This document shows positions 52,339 through 54,762 of a stretch of 54,762 nucleotides of DNA, piece by piece. The notes below the pieces were generated by a model that was not told the DNA's origin, ran no database searches, and saw only the letters and a program-made list of their open reading frames with translations. Every line of letters begins with the position of its first letter. The first letter of the stretch is position 1. Source of the stretch: an uncultured bacterium (GTDB taxonomy: Bacteria; CAIJMQ01); assembly GCA_964573245.1 (NCBI GenBank), contig CAZNJA010000001.1:1-54762 (forward strand), given 5' to 3'. The translations under genes and the position numbers were made by a program.

Positions 52339-54762
52339 GGCTGATATTCTTGTCCTGTTAATTGCTCGTAGGCTTCTATTAATTTTTGTTTTCCCCAAGT
52401 GTCTTGTTCATCTTCTATTGCGTTAGCTATCGGCTGAGCGGCGCTCAAATCACCTATCTGAACAAGTGCCTCTGCAGAATTTATTCTAAGGAGTCCTCCT
52501 CTATCTAAAGCACTTATCAGAGTATCTACTGCGGAGATGTCTTTTATCATTCCTAAAGCAATAGCGGCGTTATCGGCTACGTAAAGGCTAGTATCTTCGT
52601 TTACAGCATCTATTAAAGTAGGAACCGCATCCGTATGTTCAAGAAAACCGAGCCATAAAGCAGAGCGTCCTCGCATATTTTCACTTTCATCATTTTGAAG
52701 GATGTTTATAAATGTATCTAATGCCAATAAGGTTTCAAGGTTAGATAATGCTTCACCACAGCGGATACGAACTATCGCTTCTTCTTCCGTATTTTCTAAT
52801 AGGGTAATGAGAGGAGTGATTGCTTCTTCTTTTCCCAAAAGACCTAAACCTAAAGCGGCGGAAGATTTTATGTCTATATCGGGATTATTCAGAGCATTTA
52901 GCAAGGGAGCAAGGGCCGTATCGCTTCCTGTTGTTCCTAATACATATGCTGCCTCGGCTCGAATGTATGTATCCTGATTTACATCTTCCAAGATTGCAAT
53001 TAAAGGTTCTGCAGCATTTGGGTCTTCTATCTGTTCTATTATCTCTGCTATTATTCCTCGAAAATCAAGGTCCTTGTTTTCATCTTGAAATACTGCTGTT
53101 AACAGCGGAATAGCCGCTGAACCTTGTTTTGCTAATTTATCTGCATTTAAAGCTATTCCCTCCAAATCTCCCGCATAATAAGCTGTTTCCAATAGAGATA
53201 GGAGGTCTTCAGGTAAGGGCGGTTGGCCTTCATCTAAAGGGTCGGCGGGGTCGCTTCCCTGATTTACTTCATCGCCGTCACTTACACCATCACCGTCGGA
53301 ATCAGGATTGTTGGGGTCAGTGCCGTAGGCATATATTTCATATCCGTCATCCAATCCGTCGCCGTCTGTATCGGGGTTTGTCGGGTCGGTGTTATATATA
53401 TATTCCAATAAGTTGGTAACTTCGTCTTCGTCCGGGTCGTCATCTGCATCATCGGGATTGTATGGATTAAGTCCATATAAAATCTCCCACCAATCAGGCA
53501 TACCATCGTTATCACTATCAAGATTGGTATTATCCAAATTAACGGTTATTTCTTTTTTATAATATAGGTGAGATTTGCTGTGATAGCTCATAGCTTTTAT
53601 TGCATAGGGTCCATTCTCTAAATCTTGGGTATGCCAGGTGAATTGATAAGGGGGCCGTGAATCATATCCTATCCATCCGCCGTTAACATAGCAGATAACG
53701 GCTCTCATATTTGCAGGGTCGCTTACTGATGCCTGAATTGTAACCGTGCCGCTAACTTCCTGCCCATCAATTAAATTATCTATGTTTACTTCAGGGTTTT
53801 GCGTGGCACTATTATCTACGGTAACAGAAACCGAATCCTCGCACCTAATCTTGAATGTTAGACCCGAGTCGCAAAAGTGGGAAACAACTTTTACGGTATA
53901 TGTGCCATCCGGGAAGTATTCAGTTGCCCAAGTCCTGCCGGCCGGTGAACTGAAGCCGGGACCGAGATATTGGTTATTTACATAGAAATAAGTGGCTAAT
54001 CTTGTCATTTCACTCGGATGGCTGTGGGTTGCCTGGATACGGATAGAACCTGAAACAGTCTGAGCTTCTACAGGATTAGTTATTGTTACAGAGGGAACAT
54101 CAGGCGTTTCATTATATACTGTAACTTCAACAGGAGCGGATTCTATATATTCTTTAAGAACTTTGTGGTAAGCTTTTGCCTTCAGGGTGTGGGTGCCATT
54201 GGTGAAACGAATTGTGTTCCAGTTGTATTCCAATGGGTCTGTTATATCCACACCGAGTTGGCTACCGTCACAATATAGATATACCCAATAGAAATTTTCA
54301 AGGTCAATTGCGGTTACATTTACAGTTACTGTATCTTCAACCGGAGAAGAAGGAGGGATTATTTCCAGGGAAGGGGTGGTGTCTAATGTTACTGTTTCAG
54401 TCAACGGGATATCGGGTAAATCAGCGGAAGAAGGAGGAGTAACGGGAGTTTCATTTTTTGTATCTGTCGCATTCAAATTATCAGTTTTTACATTAGAATC
54501 GATAGGGGCTTCGGTTATGATTGGAGATTTAAGAATAACAGTTTCAATCTCCGTAAGAGCAACGGGATTATCCGGATTTGTAGAAGTTATAGTGAGTGAT
54601 TTTCCTTTATAGTTTATATTGCCCTGGTATTTACCCTCAGATACTAAAATAGTATCTCCGTTAATTGCCACGTCTATTGCTTCTTGGATTGTTTTGGCAT
54701 CTTTCGGGACATTGATTGTAATGTTTTCGTTAGGTATGCTTTCTTTATCCTGGGGGTCTGAT
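52335..54762 (-). CDS. Large secreted protein (5'-truncated by the window edge): beta-helix start, Ig-like repeats, thrombospondin-type-3-like acidic Ca-binding repeats and HEAT/PBS-lyase-like repeats
   Basis: The frame stays open upstream of the GTG at 54671 to the window end (..KTIQEAIDVAINGDTILVSEGKY). There are three Ig-like units of about 95 aa. The acidic repeats read DSDNDGMPDWWE..TDPTNPDTDGDGLDDGYE..DSDGDGVSDGDE. The C-terminal part has repeated ..R..AA.ALG.....A..PLI..L.. units. Confidence 0.7.
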   Translation of the reverse strand, partial: SDPQDKESIPNENITINVPKDAKTIQEAIDVAINGDTILVSEGKYQGNINYKGKSLTITSTNPDNPVALTEIETVILKSPIITEAPIDSNVKTDNLNATDTKNETPVTPPSSADLPDIPLTETVTLDTTPSLEIIPPSSPVEDTVTVNVTAIDLENFYWVYLYCDGSQLGVDITDPLEYNWNTIRFTNGTHTLKAKAYHKVLKEYIESAPVEVTVYNETPDVPSVTITNPVEAQTVSGSIRIQATHSHPSEMTRLATYFYVNNQYLGPGFSSPAGRTWATEYFPDGTYTVKVVSHFCDSGLTFKIRCEDSVSVTVDNSATQNPEVNIDNLIDGQEVSGTVTIQASVSDPANMRAVICYVNGGWIGYDSRPPYQFTWHTQDLENGPYAIKAMSYHSKSHLYYKKEITVNLDNTNLDSDNDGMPDWWEILYGLNPYNPDDADDDPDEDEVTNLLEYIYNTDPTNPDTDGDGLDDGYEIYAYGTDPNNPDSDGDGVSDGDEVNQGSDPADPLDEGQPPLPEDLLSLLETAYYAGDLEGIALNADKLAKQGSAAIPLLTAVFQDENKDLDFRGIIAEIIEQIEDPNAAEPLIAILEDVNQDTYIRAEAAYVLGTTGSDTALAPLLNALNNPDIDIKSSAALGLGLLGKEEAITPLITLLENTEEEAIVRIRCGEALSNLETLLALDTFINILQNDESENMRGRSALWLGFLEHTDAVPTLIDAVNEDTSLYVADNAAIALGMIKDISAVDTLISALDRGGLLRINSAEALVQIGDLSAAQPIANAIEDEQDTWGKQKLIEAYEQLTGQEYQP

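Overview
This 54.8-kb window is low-GC bacterial chromosome of a diderm type, with secretin, BamD/LptE-like, TonB-like, OmpA-family and LysM/M23 envelope genes. It probably comes from an uncultivated lineage, but that is a weak inference. I call about 50 CDS, 5 intact tRNAs (Gly-CCC, Glu-CTC, Gln-CTG, initiator Met-CAT and a second CAT tRNA) and one truncated tRNA-Gln copy.

The backbone is housekeeping: rpsT, holA, asd, miaB, eno, ftsB, ffh, rpsP, trmD, rplS, rnhB, yraN, tilS, fmt and hisG. Three things interrupt it:
- A 3250-aa secreted multidomain M36/M4-type metalloprotease gene. It comes with a separately encoded FTP-PepSY propeptide-like protein and a divergent ECF sigma/anti-sigma pair.
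- A translationally coupled pair of large secreted proteins at the right edge.
- Two small GIY-YIG genes. One is lodged between a duplicated 5' part and an intact copy of tRNA-Gln.

The most unusual signal is not genic. Families of 40-80 nt two-hairpin palindromic elements have conserved linkers and covarying stems. They form 5' leaders, supply the stop codons of ffh and a trmO-like gene, interrupt a tRNA anticodon, and sit in frame inside miaB (twice) and trmD. This is reminiscent of Rickettsia palindromic elements. Short heptamer tandem arrays accompany them.

I saw no CRISPR array, rRNA, transposase, integrase or recognisable defence system. All calls rest on motif recognition by eye and no search or folding program was run. 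Comparisons to E. coli proteins are from memory.
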